Positions 1 to 11,363 of a DNA stretch of 64,000 nucleotides are shown here, in pieces. Where the stretch lies: contig NC_043011.1 in NCBI RefSeq assembly GCF_006345805.1, positions 15,450,464 through 15,514,463 of the forward strand, given 5' to 3'. The notes below the pieces were generated by a model. That model was not told the origin of the DNA, did no database searches, and was given only the letters and a program-made list of their open reading frames with translations. Numbering within the stretch: the stretch's first letter is position 1; each line of letters begins with the position of its first letter. Source of the DNA: Octopus sinensis. Lineage: Eukaryota. A program made the translations under genes and the position numbers.

Positions 1-2899
1 AATGACAACACAAATAATGAAAATAAAAACACAAAGAAAAAAAACAAAACAAAAATAAATATAAAAATCTGATAGAATAAACAACGGCAATAGACATAAA
101 ACGCGCAACAAAGTTAATAACAGAACAGAACAAAGCGAAATTGTAGAGGAACTATAGAACTGTGAAAAAAACTGGTTTCCTAAATCAGGACAACACAATC
201 AAAAATAAAAGGTAAAGGAAATGTAAGAAAGATTTCAGAATTAAAAAAAAAATTCTAAAAACGAAAAATCAAGGCACAACAATACTTTGAAATTAAAGTG
301 TTAATTTTTACAAATATTTTTACGAAGCAACGAAAGAATAAAAAAGTTATATATAATTCAAAGTTAACAAACTAATGACAATATAACAGTCAAACTTGTC
401 CATCACAGTCTTAATGGAAACAGGCATGGTCGTCTATATCACTAATTTAAAAGAAATAATATATACAGCAGCCACAGTATTTGTTGAAAAAGTGGGTGCC
501 TACTTTGATAGAATATCAAAACCTAAACAACAGGTCAAATAAATATACAGAAAAGAAATGAAAATAAAAGTTGTATCTTCAATTCTGACTTAAATCAATA
601 CCTAGTGACTAAAAGACCATTGAAATAAAAACAAACATAGTTTACAAAAACATTATAATACACACAAAGGGTGTACCCGAACTTGAAAGGACGCCAACTA
701 AATCACAAAGAATTTCTCGGTATGAAAAGCAATATTGTTCCTTCGAACAAAGCATACAGTTCGACACCAACCAATACCATTTTCCAAGAACTAAATAAAA
801 ATAAATATAAAATAGAAATAACTTTAAAATGAAGAGTAAAATGAAATAGAAATAAAAAAGGAGGTACAAGTAAAATAGCAATCAACGCAGCACCAATGCT
901 AAGGGTAATGTTGAGGAAATGCATTAGCAACGACGGAATCACCACAAACAAGGAGCAGAGTAACTGAACAATCGTGGTTGACTATATCAAGTTCTGAATT
1001 AGCCGAGATATGAGAGGTATCAACTAACATATTTGTCTTTATTAACAAAAATGCAGAAATAATTATGATATATTGAAGTTAACATTTGTAATTGGAAGTT
1101 TCCATAAATGATAAAATGCCAAATCTCTGATTTCAATGCTTTACAAGCATAAATAATTTCAAAATTTCTCATAAAATACTTATTGGCTTGGGGAGATGAA
1201 AGACACTTTATTCTCTTTAAGATTAATGAAGTAGCTAACTCTGAAAAGAATGTTGAGGCACTTCAGTATAAATCTGTAACTCAAACAACAGCTTAAAGTT
1301 ATTCAAGGAGCACAGAAACGTGTAAAAGATATATAGGAATGGTCCTAAAGCCCTGGGTAAACTGTAGCAAGCCACATAACTAACAGATCTAAAATGCTAA
1401 GAGCACCTCGAACAAACTCAAAACCAATGCGCAAAGTAACACACGAACCAACGAGGAAGAGTCCATATGGACACACGACGTAGGGCAAATACCGGCAAAG
1501 TAATCTCTAAATCACATTCCCAAACTAACTGATGGTCATGGCCAGAATAATTCTACTTAATTTAGTCAGTATTCTAATTAGTATTCATATGTAGTAATAA
1601 AGAATTAGAATTAACTCAGATTATCAGATCAATAGAGTGTAGGATGAAATGCCCTGCAGTATCTTTTCCGGCACTTCGAATTTAGGTCCTAATCTCTCTT
1701 CAGCCAAATTAACCTTTCACTTATCTGTGATCGATGAATAAAGTTTCTAATGCAGTGCACTTGAAAATCCTTAAAGTGCCCGACCATATTCGTACAAAGC
1801 ATATAAGGAATCAGCAACTAGTACTTATTTGCTCTTAAAGGTGTCCACTCAGTTGCATGCATTGAAGCTCTGTCTCCTATTTACGTAGCTTCGTATCTTT
1901 CCCTAAGTATTGGTAGACAGAGACTAGTATAGAAATAAGATACTTGATAGCCACATAAAGGAGCATGCGTATCGCTTTTCGGTTTTGGTTGGAAGGATAA
2001 ACTCATGCGACAATCATGATACCATTCTGACAACAAGCCAGCCGACGACACAGTGAAACAACCACACCACTGGGCAAACAACCACCTGATCATTCACAAA
2101 TGAATAAACATAAATATGCTCACAAATCAACACATCGACTACACAGTAGCGAACCGACTACATAAACATAACCAACACCGCAACCAAATGGCCAAACATA
2201 CACCGCAACTGACACATCAGCGATAAACACCAATCAAGAACCAACACACAGCCAACAGACTGACTGGACATACCAACCAATACACCAAATAACACTCAAA
2301 CCAACCGACCTTACATCCACACCGATAACTCGACCAGCCAATGTACCAACCAAGTAAACCAATAAATTTGAATTCATTTTCATTTGCACAATTTAAAGGA
2401 TTCTTCATTTCAAACATCATCAATCATACAGCTGTGTTTTCTCAGCTATTAATCACAAGCTAATTTGAAACAGAAAGTTATCAGTTTCTCGAATCATAGA
2501 TATTTATTTTACATATAAAAGATATTAATAGCGATTTATTTGCTTTAAGCATGACCACTATCAAAAGAGTTTAATCGAACGCCATATTAACTGACCTTTC
2601 CCTCAAATATAAATAAATTTACTAAAATCTCTATTATTCGACATGTCACTATTAGTTTCATTGTCTAAACGTCTGGGTGACAGATGATGTTTTCAGTATC
2701 TATGAAAGAGTAAAAATAGAGGCAAGAAATACAAAATCAAGCCCAAACTAAGAAGCAAACAAACAAAACATCGATAAATTATTTGAAGGATTATTATAAA
2801 ACTATAACTGATAAGAAATGAATAAAGAGTAAAGAATTCGTTAGAACGTTGAAATTAGAATGCACAAAGAGATACGTCACAGATCTAATCAAGCAATAA

Positions 2900-2940
2900 A
2901 TCTATCTATCTGTCTATCTTAGTATCTATCTATCTGTCCA

Positions 2941-2972
<32 letters not shown>

Positions 2973-3079
2973 TCTATCTATCAATCTATCTATCTATCTA
3001 TCTATATGTTTCTGTCCATCTATCTATCAAACTACCTACTTACCTACCTACCTTCCTACATACATACCTACCTACCTAC

Positions 3080-3167
<88 letters not shown>

Positions 3168-3253
3168 TTATCTGTTTGTCTGTCTGCCTGCTTGTCTATC
3201 ACTCCAACTCTCTCTCTCTATCTATGTATCTATCTATCCATCTATCTATCTAC

Positions 3254-3328
<75 letters not shown>
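2900..3328. repeat. Compound microsatellite (TATC)n-(TACC)n-(TC)n-(TA)n
   Basis: Directly visible tandem arrays; explains the YLSI-rich ORF 3006..3365. Confidence 0.95.
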
Positions 3329-3330
<2 letters not shown>

Positions 3331-4005
3331 TTAAAATGAGGGTGAGAATTTTGATATTAATTTAATTAAATTAATACTAATTTAGTGGTGAGGGCATTTC
3401 TTAGTGGTAAGACCATAGCGGATCTACTTCTAGCATAAGGGTTGTCCACATAGTGGTCATCCCTCTCATCTGTATATATATATATATGTATATTTGAAAT
3501 TTACAAAAAAATCAAAAGACGAAGACAACTGTATAAACAACAAGCAGATTGATACATGCATTTCAGAGTGGTCATATCTTCCTCATTACCAGATAAGTTT
3601 GTCATCAACGTACCCGGAGAAGAAGATGCATAAGTGGCAGGTGCTGAGTGCTGTGCGTTTTCCTTATCCATCTACGTGATGACTAGCAGGCCTGAAAGGT
3701 TAGATCTCATAGTAGGCCGGAAATCAGTCTGTAAATCACACCGTTATATCGGAAATAGGTTTTACTATCTTTAATAGTTAGTAACTCTCGTATGTTCGAG
3801 AGTGTGACACCGACGAACTGGAGGTTGATGAATGGGGAGGGTGGAGGAGATGAAGGGGAAGGTAGATACGAGGAGGTTGCAGGGGAGGAAGGAAGATATG
3901 GGGAAGTAGGTGGAGAAGGAGATGTGGTGGGAGATAAGGACGTGATGTGGTCGATGACAAAGGGAAACTACGTCTAAATTAAAGGGTATATGTTAGTTTT
4001 GAGAA

Positions 4006-4220
4006 GGCGGCGAGCTGGCAGAAACGTTAGCACGCCAGGCGAAATGCGTAGCCGTATTTTGTCTGCCGTTACGTTCTGAGGTCGACTTTGCCTTTCACCC
4101 TTTCGGTGTCGATTAAATAAGCACCAGTAACGCACTGGGGTCGATATAATCGACTTAATCCGTTTGCCTGTCCTTGTTTGTGCTCTCTGTGTTTAGCCCC
4201 TTGTGGGTAGTAAAGAAATA
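4006..4220 (+). mobile_element. SINE family A, full-length copy
   Basis: Head GGCGGCGAGCTGGCAGAAACGTTAGCACG, tail AGCCCCTTGTGGGTAGTAAAGAAATA. Flanked by GTATATGTTAGTTTTGAG (3986-4003) and GTGTATGTTAGTTTTAAG (4222-4239), an 18-bp TSD with 2 mismatches. Many homologues in the window. Confidence 0.9.
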
Positions 4221-4477
4221 AGTGTATGTTAGTTTTAAGTATGGAGGGGTCGATATCTTTGAGTCTTTCTAAGATTTCGTAGGAGCTGCTGATGTGTCAG
4301 GGAATGCGTGTAGTGAGGGCTTGACCCCGAAATACTGAAAGCAAGGTAAGTCTACATCAATTCACATATTTGCTTTCTTGTGATTTTCCTTGCGTTTTCA
4401 TCTCATTCTTCTAGCCTTTCCTACGATCCTTTATACAATAGATTGTACACAATGCTTCATAGCAATTAACCCATATA

Positions 4478-4563
<86 letters not shown>

Positions 4564-4590
4564 CCTATATATATATACATGTATATATAT

Positions 4591-5471
4591 ACTTGGAAAT
4601 GGATGCGTGGCGTTCAATCATATGATATAAATAATATATATGCATGTATATATACATACATGTACATACTTATATATTTATATGTATATACATATGCATA
4701 TATGGGTACAAGGCGTCAAAAAACATAAACAATATAAAAAACGAGAACAAGAAATGGGAAAACATGGAAAACGATCTTTTTTGAGAACGAAAGAAACAAA
4801 TAGAAAAACATAAAGAACAATCCCTTTATCTGTAGCCCACTGTTTTATCTACTCTGCATTTCGAGTATTAGGACAAGTTGCGTCTTCGGCAAAACTGTTG
4901 CTTCCGCAAGGCAAATTAAATAAAATTTGGTATTTGCGGAGGGTCAAAGTTGGTAACAACAATAGGTCAGTGAAAACAAAAGGTAAGCGCTGTTAAGCCA
5001 TAACGAGGTGAAGTGGTTAACGCTGGAAAAACAAGCTTTGACAGGAGATAGACAAAACTGCGAGCTATCCCTATAGGTGAACGAGAAGAAATTCGAGTTA
5101 GGAAAAGAAAGATGGCCGCTGGTCACGTGTGAACACAAGAGAGTCAAGAAGGAAGAATGAGGGAGAGAGAGATAGTCAGAGAACGGTGAAGGGAGGAAGA
5201 GAAGAATTAGAGAAAGGATGAGAGAAAAAAGGGAGATAAAAGAATGTAGAGAGAGGAAGCGTGAGAGAAATAAAGATAGTGATAGAATTAATGTCGCATC
5301 AGAATTATTAAGATAAAACTTACTTGGAAATGGATGAGTGGCGTTCAATCATATAATAGTGTAAATAATACATATTCAGATATACATACATGTACATACA
5401 TACTTATGTATAAACACATGCATATGTGGGCACAGGACGTCAAGAAAACGTAAACAACATGAAAAACGAGA
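4591..5471 (-). mobile_element. Non-autonomous retroelement end with ~150-bp terminal direct repeats (Penelope-like pseudo-LTR arrangement)
   Basis: 4591-4746 and 5322-5471 are diverged direct repeats (ACTTGGAAATGGATG..TGGCGTTCAATCA...AAAAACGAGA). 4700-5140 is homologous, in inverted orientation, to 46955-47435. The PLE assignment is inferred from architecture only. Confidence 0.55.
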
Positions 5472-5959
5472 TATACATATTTATATATGTATATGTGTGT
5501 GTAAATATATATATATATATTTATGTCAATATATGTCTATATATGTGTGTGTATATATTTGTATATTAAATTACTAAAACACATACACACATACACACTC
5601 ATATGTATGTATATATGAATCATTACACCTCAAAATGTTCCTAGGATTTCTCATAATATAGCAATTTAAGTCACCAAAAATTTCCGTATTCAATACTAGC
5701 CGGGAGTGACGTTGCTTTTTATATACTTCCACATGACAAGAGAGTAAGATATATCAGTGGAAATTAGAAATTCGGCTGTGCACTTATATGATACCTTTCT
5801 ATAACGATAATGATTTTTCTATTAAATATTTGTTTGAAACAGTATATTTATCTTGTATGAACGCAAAACCCACTTCGACTAGAATGTCTACTATTACTGC
5901 TGGGATTCTATTCTCCTTAGGAGAAGACCTGAAGTATTTGCCAACTAAGAACAGGAATG

Positions 5960-6137
5960 TGTTTCATCACACGCGTGACAGTCTTTAACTATAGCTCCGG
6001 TCTGACCAAAGCCATTTGAAAGAATTTGGTAAATGGAAAAGTGAAAGAAACTCATCGAGTACACAGACACATACACAAACACACACACGTACATATAACA
6101 TATACACATACAGAATATATATATATATATATTTGTG

Positions 6138-6184
<47 letters not shown>

Positions 6185-6512
6185 GTATATATATATTTGT
6201 GTGTGTGTACATGTATGCATTTATGTATACATGTATACGTGTGTATGTGTATATTTGTGTGTGCGTGTGTGCGTGTGTTTGAGTGTGCGTGTGTATATCA
6301 GTGTGTGTATTTATGTTTGTGTTCGTGCTTGTATTTTTTCGCCAACACAGCTCTTTATAACCGGTGTTGGTTTGTTTACGTTCCTGGCTTGACAACAGAA
6401 GGGACTATAAGTACCAGGTTTGCAAAGATAAGTACTGGGGGTTGATTTGTTCAATTAAACGTTCCAAGGCAATGCCCCAGCATAGGCTGCAGTCCAATGA
6501 CTGAGACAAGAA
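5960..6512 (+). mobile_element. SINE family B, old diverged copy with expanded central microsatellite
   Basis: CTATAGCTCCGGTCTGACCAAAGCC...GAAAGAAACTCATCG matches the family B body. The 3' half (CCCAGCATAGGCTGCAGTCCAATGACTGAGACAAG) matches the family B tail. Confidence 0.65.
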
Positions 6513-7109
6513 AATACACATATTCGTTAATTTCGTTTACGTTGAGAGGAACTCATTGACTTCACAGTTGGAACTGTCAGAAGCCAATATTTAAGTTGGA
6601 TGCTTATAATCGATATTGCTATTTCTGATGAGAAAGCAAGAAATCAAGAAACAGAAGAATAAAAATGCTTTGTTTCACATTTCATAAACTGATAGAGAGT
6701 AAACGTAGTACAGGTATTCTGTGGCAGAGAGAACAGTTTTGTGCAATATTGGTGTGTTTGCAACTTTTTTTGTCGTGACTTGTTATCATGTCAAGAAAAA
6801 AAAAGTTCATCAGTTTACTTAAGGCTATCTGATACGAAATAAACGCACATTCACGTAATTATAGAGAATTTAACACAGATATATTAACGTATACACATAC
6901 ACTCACGCATACACACACACATACGCACATGCACGGGCGCATAACACATACATATACAGATGTACAGATATATATGTATATATAAATATATGCATGCACA
7001 AACATATACATACATACGTGAAAAAAAATATATACATATATACGTGAAAATTAACCCATTACAGATACATACATATACATATATACGTGAAAATTAACCC
7101 GTTACAAAT

Positions 7110-7141
<32 letters not shown>

Positions 7142-7293
7142 GATATATACATATATATTACATATATTATTACATATATATGCATACATATATATGTATA
7201 TGTGTATATATAATATATATCTAAACTTTATACATGTATATATATTATGTTATATACATGTAAAGAAATATGTGTGCGCATGTCAAATCTATA

Positions 7294-7344
<51 letters not shown>

Positions 7345-8201
7345 AGAGTACACACACACACACAGACACACACACACACCACACACACACACACACACAG
7401 ACACACACACACACATATATATATATAATATATATATATATACAGAGAAAGAGAGATTGAGAGAGAGAGATAGGGAGAGCTAAATGCCATAATGCGCATA
7501 CTTAGATGAAATGTTCATCACGTAAATTTATCATTTTTAGTTAGAAAAAAACAAAAGTACTTTACAAATATTTACAGATAGGTATTGACAGATTAAAGTC
7601 TTACGCATTTTTATAGTTTTGTTTCCATATACTTCAAGAAACAACATTCGCACAAATTAAAAATAAAGATACCCAATACATTACAAATAAATTGAATTGA
7701 TAAGATCAGTACTTGCAAGCTCTTTCCTTTATCCTTGAAGATATGTCATCTACACTCAACGATCGTTTGGTATTGTGTATGTGCAATTCTGTAAATGAAA
7801 ATTCAAATATATGTAGTATATCTAAAATGGAAGAGACGCGCAATGAGATAATTCTATGCATCTTTCTGTCTGTCTCTCGCTTTACACACACACACATATA
7901 TATATATATATTTCATGTTTTTTTTTTTATTCTTCGTTCACGTTTAATGCTTAACTGGTGTTTGGAGACGTCGAAAGTATTAATACGTAAATGTCGAACG
8001 ATGAGAATGAGAGCTCAACACCGCATTAGTGGGTAAAATTTATATATATATATATATATATAATTCTATATATGTATGCATGCAAAACTACATATATATA
8101 TATATACTTTTAATGGCGGTGCCCTAGCATGACCACAGATCGTGAGCTGAAACACGATAAAATAAAATAAAATAAAATAAATAAAATATATATATATATA
8201 A

Positions 8202-8402
8202 TCTTTTCTACTCGACGCACAAAGCACGAAATTTTGGGGGAGGGAGCCAGACGATTGGATCGACCCAAGTACGCAACTGGTACTTAATTTATCGACCCCA
8301 AAAGTCTACCTCGTCGGAATTTGAACTCAGAACGTAAAGGCAGGCGAAATGTCGCTAAGCATTTCACCCGGTTTACTAACGTTTCTGCCACCTCGCCGCC
8401 TT
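8202..8402 (-). mobile_element. SINE family A (alternative tail variant)
   Basis: Reverse complement of the family A head (CTAACGTTTCTGCCACCTCGCCGCC) and body (GGAATTTGAACTCAGAACGTAA). Confidence 0.85.
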
Positions 8403-9069
8403 ATATATCTATAATAATTACTTTACTTTCACTCCTCCGAGACTATCCAACAGATATTGATGAAACTTGATACGTGCGTGGGTCTTATGTCTATGCAGTC
8501 ACTTACTCACTTGGAATTTTTTAAAAAATCGATGTTTAATCAGCATCGACTTTTCAAAAGTCGTAAAATTTCGGCGTTTTTCGTACTAGCCATCGTGACA
8601 TCAATTCTACATAAAATGCCGAAATTTGACGAAAAATTGCTTTATGGGTATAAACAGACAGATTATTAATGGTGATCTATTTTGATTTGCTACAACTTAT
8701 CTATTTCAATTCGTTGTTTTAATTCTCCAACGTTTCAGGTTTTCATTAGTTAAGACCATTAGGTAAGACCATTTTATTTCTGAAGCAAAATTTACGCGTG
8801 CTGCGCAGTAGCCGTCTTGACATCAATTTGACAACATCTGCCCTTAAATGTAAAATTTCACCATTTTATATACATGCTCAAAAATGACGACAACACGGTT
8901 TCGTTACAAGACTCTGCGAATCCCGGATTCGCAGACAGTGAGAGACTAAGATATCACTTATATTTAATTATATATATAATTTCATATGTACATTGCAAAT
9001 ATGGCAACAAACTGTAGACATCTAGCGTGATGGATATTAAGGTTCTTCAAGACATAAGACTAAGAAATC

Positions 9070-9308
9070 CTGTTGATCTTGTGGAGGATCTTTGTCCTCA
9101 GCCTCCTGAACCACTATTTTCAGGTGTGGTCACCCAGTAGCGCCAAATTAACAGTGGATCTTGAAGTGGTCTAAAGTCACTACACTACAAAGATTGTAGC
9201 ACTGCAAAAGTTGAGAGGCTGAGAGAACTATACCTTTACTCCCTGGAGTGAAGACGTAATAAATATATACTTATCGAGATATAGAAAACTCTTGAAGGGC
9301 TAGTAACC
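9070..9308 (+). pseudogene. CR1-like LINE reverse transcriptase C-terminal remnant
   Basis: Manual translation gives LLILWRIFVLSLLNHYFQVWSPSSAKLTVDLEVV*SHYTTKI, then after a frameshift ERLRELYLYSLE*RRNKYILIEI*KTLEGLV. This matches the CR1-type ORF2 end motif (LEYCSQ.WSP...LE.VQR..TK.I...ERL..L.LYSLERRR...KIL.GL). It is cut off by the SINE at 9309. Confidence 0.75.
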
Positions 9309-9525
9309 TATTTCTTTACTACCCACAAGGGGGTAAACACAAAGAGGACAAACAAGGACAGACACACGGATTAAGTCGATTATATCGGCTCCAGTGCGTA
9401 ACTGGTACTTATTTAATCGACCCCGAAAGGTTGAAAGGCAAAGTCAATCTCGGCGGAGTTTGAACTCAGAACGTAACGGCAGACAAAATACGGCTACGCA
9501 TTTCGCCCGGCGTGCTAACGTTTCT
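9309..9525 (-). mobile_element. SINE family A, slightly 5'-truncated
   Basis: Reverse complement of the family A body and tail (TATTTCTTTACTACCCACAAGGGG...GTGCTAACGTTTCT). Confidence 0.9.
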
Positions 9526-9749
9526 ACACCGTGAAGAAATCAACCAAAGAATGATATGTAAAAGTACCAACTCCAATATGTCTGCTATAGGTTTGAAACG
9601 TAAGAGAATTTTTCATTTTCCCCAGCATCAAACTAATACATTTGCTTGTTATTCAAACACCTGTCTTTGTCTTTTGTTTTTCTATAAATTTCAACTATAT
9701 ATATATATATGTGTGTGTGTGAGTGTGTGTGTGTGAGTGTGACCGCGTG

Positions 9750-9930
9750 TGTATCGTTGGCGATTTTTTTTCATGCGTCTTTCCTTCCTTGGATCTTTTC
9801 TTTTCCTATGTTTCTGACGAAGAGCTCTGCTTGAAACGTTAAATCCTCCTTCTTTCTTTCCTTTCCTGAGCGTCCAATAACACTATACTTGTTCCACGTC
9901 CTTGCGTTGTTTGTGTTCTCATGTTTGAAT

Positions 9931-9935
<5 letters not shown>
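9750..9935 (+). mobile_element. Short PLE-type terminus next to (TA)n, carrying a hammerhead motif
   Basis: Homologous in inverted orientation to 33286-33490. Contains CTGACGAA-GAGC-TCT-GCTT-GAAACGTT. Confidence 0.65.
9810..9844 (+). ncRNA. Minimal type I hammerhead ribozyme motif
   Basis: GTTT-CTGACGA-A-GAGC(TCT)GCTT-GAAA-CGT-T-AAAT: intact CUGANGA and GAAA core boxes, stem II with a G-U base pair, self-complementary ACGU stem III, short stem I. Confidence 0.6.
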
Positions 9936-9988
<53 letters not shown>

Positions 9989-11250
9989 GTCGGTAGGTTA
10001 TTAGCAATTTAAAAACCTAAGGGCAAATTAGAAATAAGAGTCAAAACGACTCATTAGCCACAAAAGCACATTTGTAGCTAATGAGAAAGAGAGAGAAAGA
10101 GACCGAGGGGCGAGAGAGGGAGGAGATGGAGTAAAAGAGAGAAAGAAGAGGAGGAGAGAGGGAGTGAGAGAAGGCAAAGTATATAATTTTAGCATAACGT
10201 TACAACTAATTAGAAGGAAAGTGCAGACAAGAACTAAAACGCACCGGACACCTTGGTCACTATTTCTCATAGTTCAAAACAAACATTAAACGTTACACTA
10301 CAATTTCCATTTTGAGTGATGCACAGTGATTTTTAGCATGGCTTTTTATTTCAAGCTGTTGAATATTCTTTGTCATTTCTCGTCGCGCTCTCTCTGTCTC
10401 AGTCACACGAGATGATTTTTCGTAAACGCGCCATATTAAACAGTTGCCCATGTGTGCGTATATTTTCAGCTACTTGTTTCCCTTCCTGTCTTTACAATTT
10501 ACCATATTACAAGGCAACCTTATGTGACCGATGCAGGTGATTAGAAGGCGAAATTACTTTGATGTTTAGTCAACAATTAAGGAGAAAGAATGGCTTATTG
10601 TTTGTATTTATTACCCTGTGCGGTTTACATGTCCTTCGTGCTTAATATATATATATATATATATATATATCCTTTTCAATTCCACATTTCTGCTAAAACG
10701 GACAGGTAGTAACAACCTCACCACTACATTAATGTAAATCTTTTTGAATTCATAATATTCTGTACTGAACTTTTTTTAATAATTCCTCATGGAATTACCC
10801 TGAGATGTATAATATATTTGTTTTAATCTTTTCTGCCCATTTTTTCAATGAGCTGTTAAACCTCTTTATATCTCAACATACTGTTGTCACCAAAGACTGT
10901 ATATTTATATGGATTATAGTACTCTATGTCAACCAATATTCTGTGCATGTTTGAATATACAGATAGTACCAATATCAATTCCTTCTGGAAATATCTTAAG
11001 TATGTCCTTGAGAACGATTATTTATGTAATCTTTTTTGCCCAATATTTTAAGGAACTTGTTGAACTTTTTTATGTCCTTAACATGTCCCTGTTACCAAAG
11101 ACTGTATATAATATATGTAATGTAGCAATTTGCAACAACCAAAATTAACGCAACCAAACTTCCACATGTTACTTTTGACAATCTTTTTCCAAAGAGTGAA
11201 ACCGGTAAAGTAAATAAAAATCTTTTAAATTGCATTTTCAAACCTTCTTC

Positions 11251-11363
<113 letters not shown>

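Noticed and set aside
642-951. Hydrophobic minus-strand ORFs as a mitochondrial insertion (NUMT) or membrane protein
   Set aside because: No recognisable mitochondrial protein motif even with the invertebrate mitochondrial code; T-richness alone explains the hydrophobicity and lack of stops.
1290-1560. Possible Tc1/mariner transposase relic (VLKPWV...WTHDV)
   Set aside because: Only two short motif resemblances with several stops and no TIRs; not supportable without a profile search.
2050-2390. C/A-rich segment with minus-strand ORFs
   Set aside because: Looks like a decayed (CCAA/ACCA)n array; no coding signal.
3560-3640. Hammerhead-like GAAATGCATGTA motif on the minus strand
   Set aside because: The CUGANGA box is not intact (CTGGTAATGA) and stem II cannot be paired convincingly.
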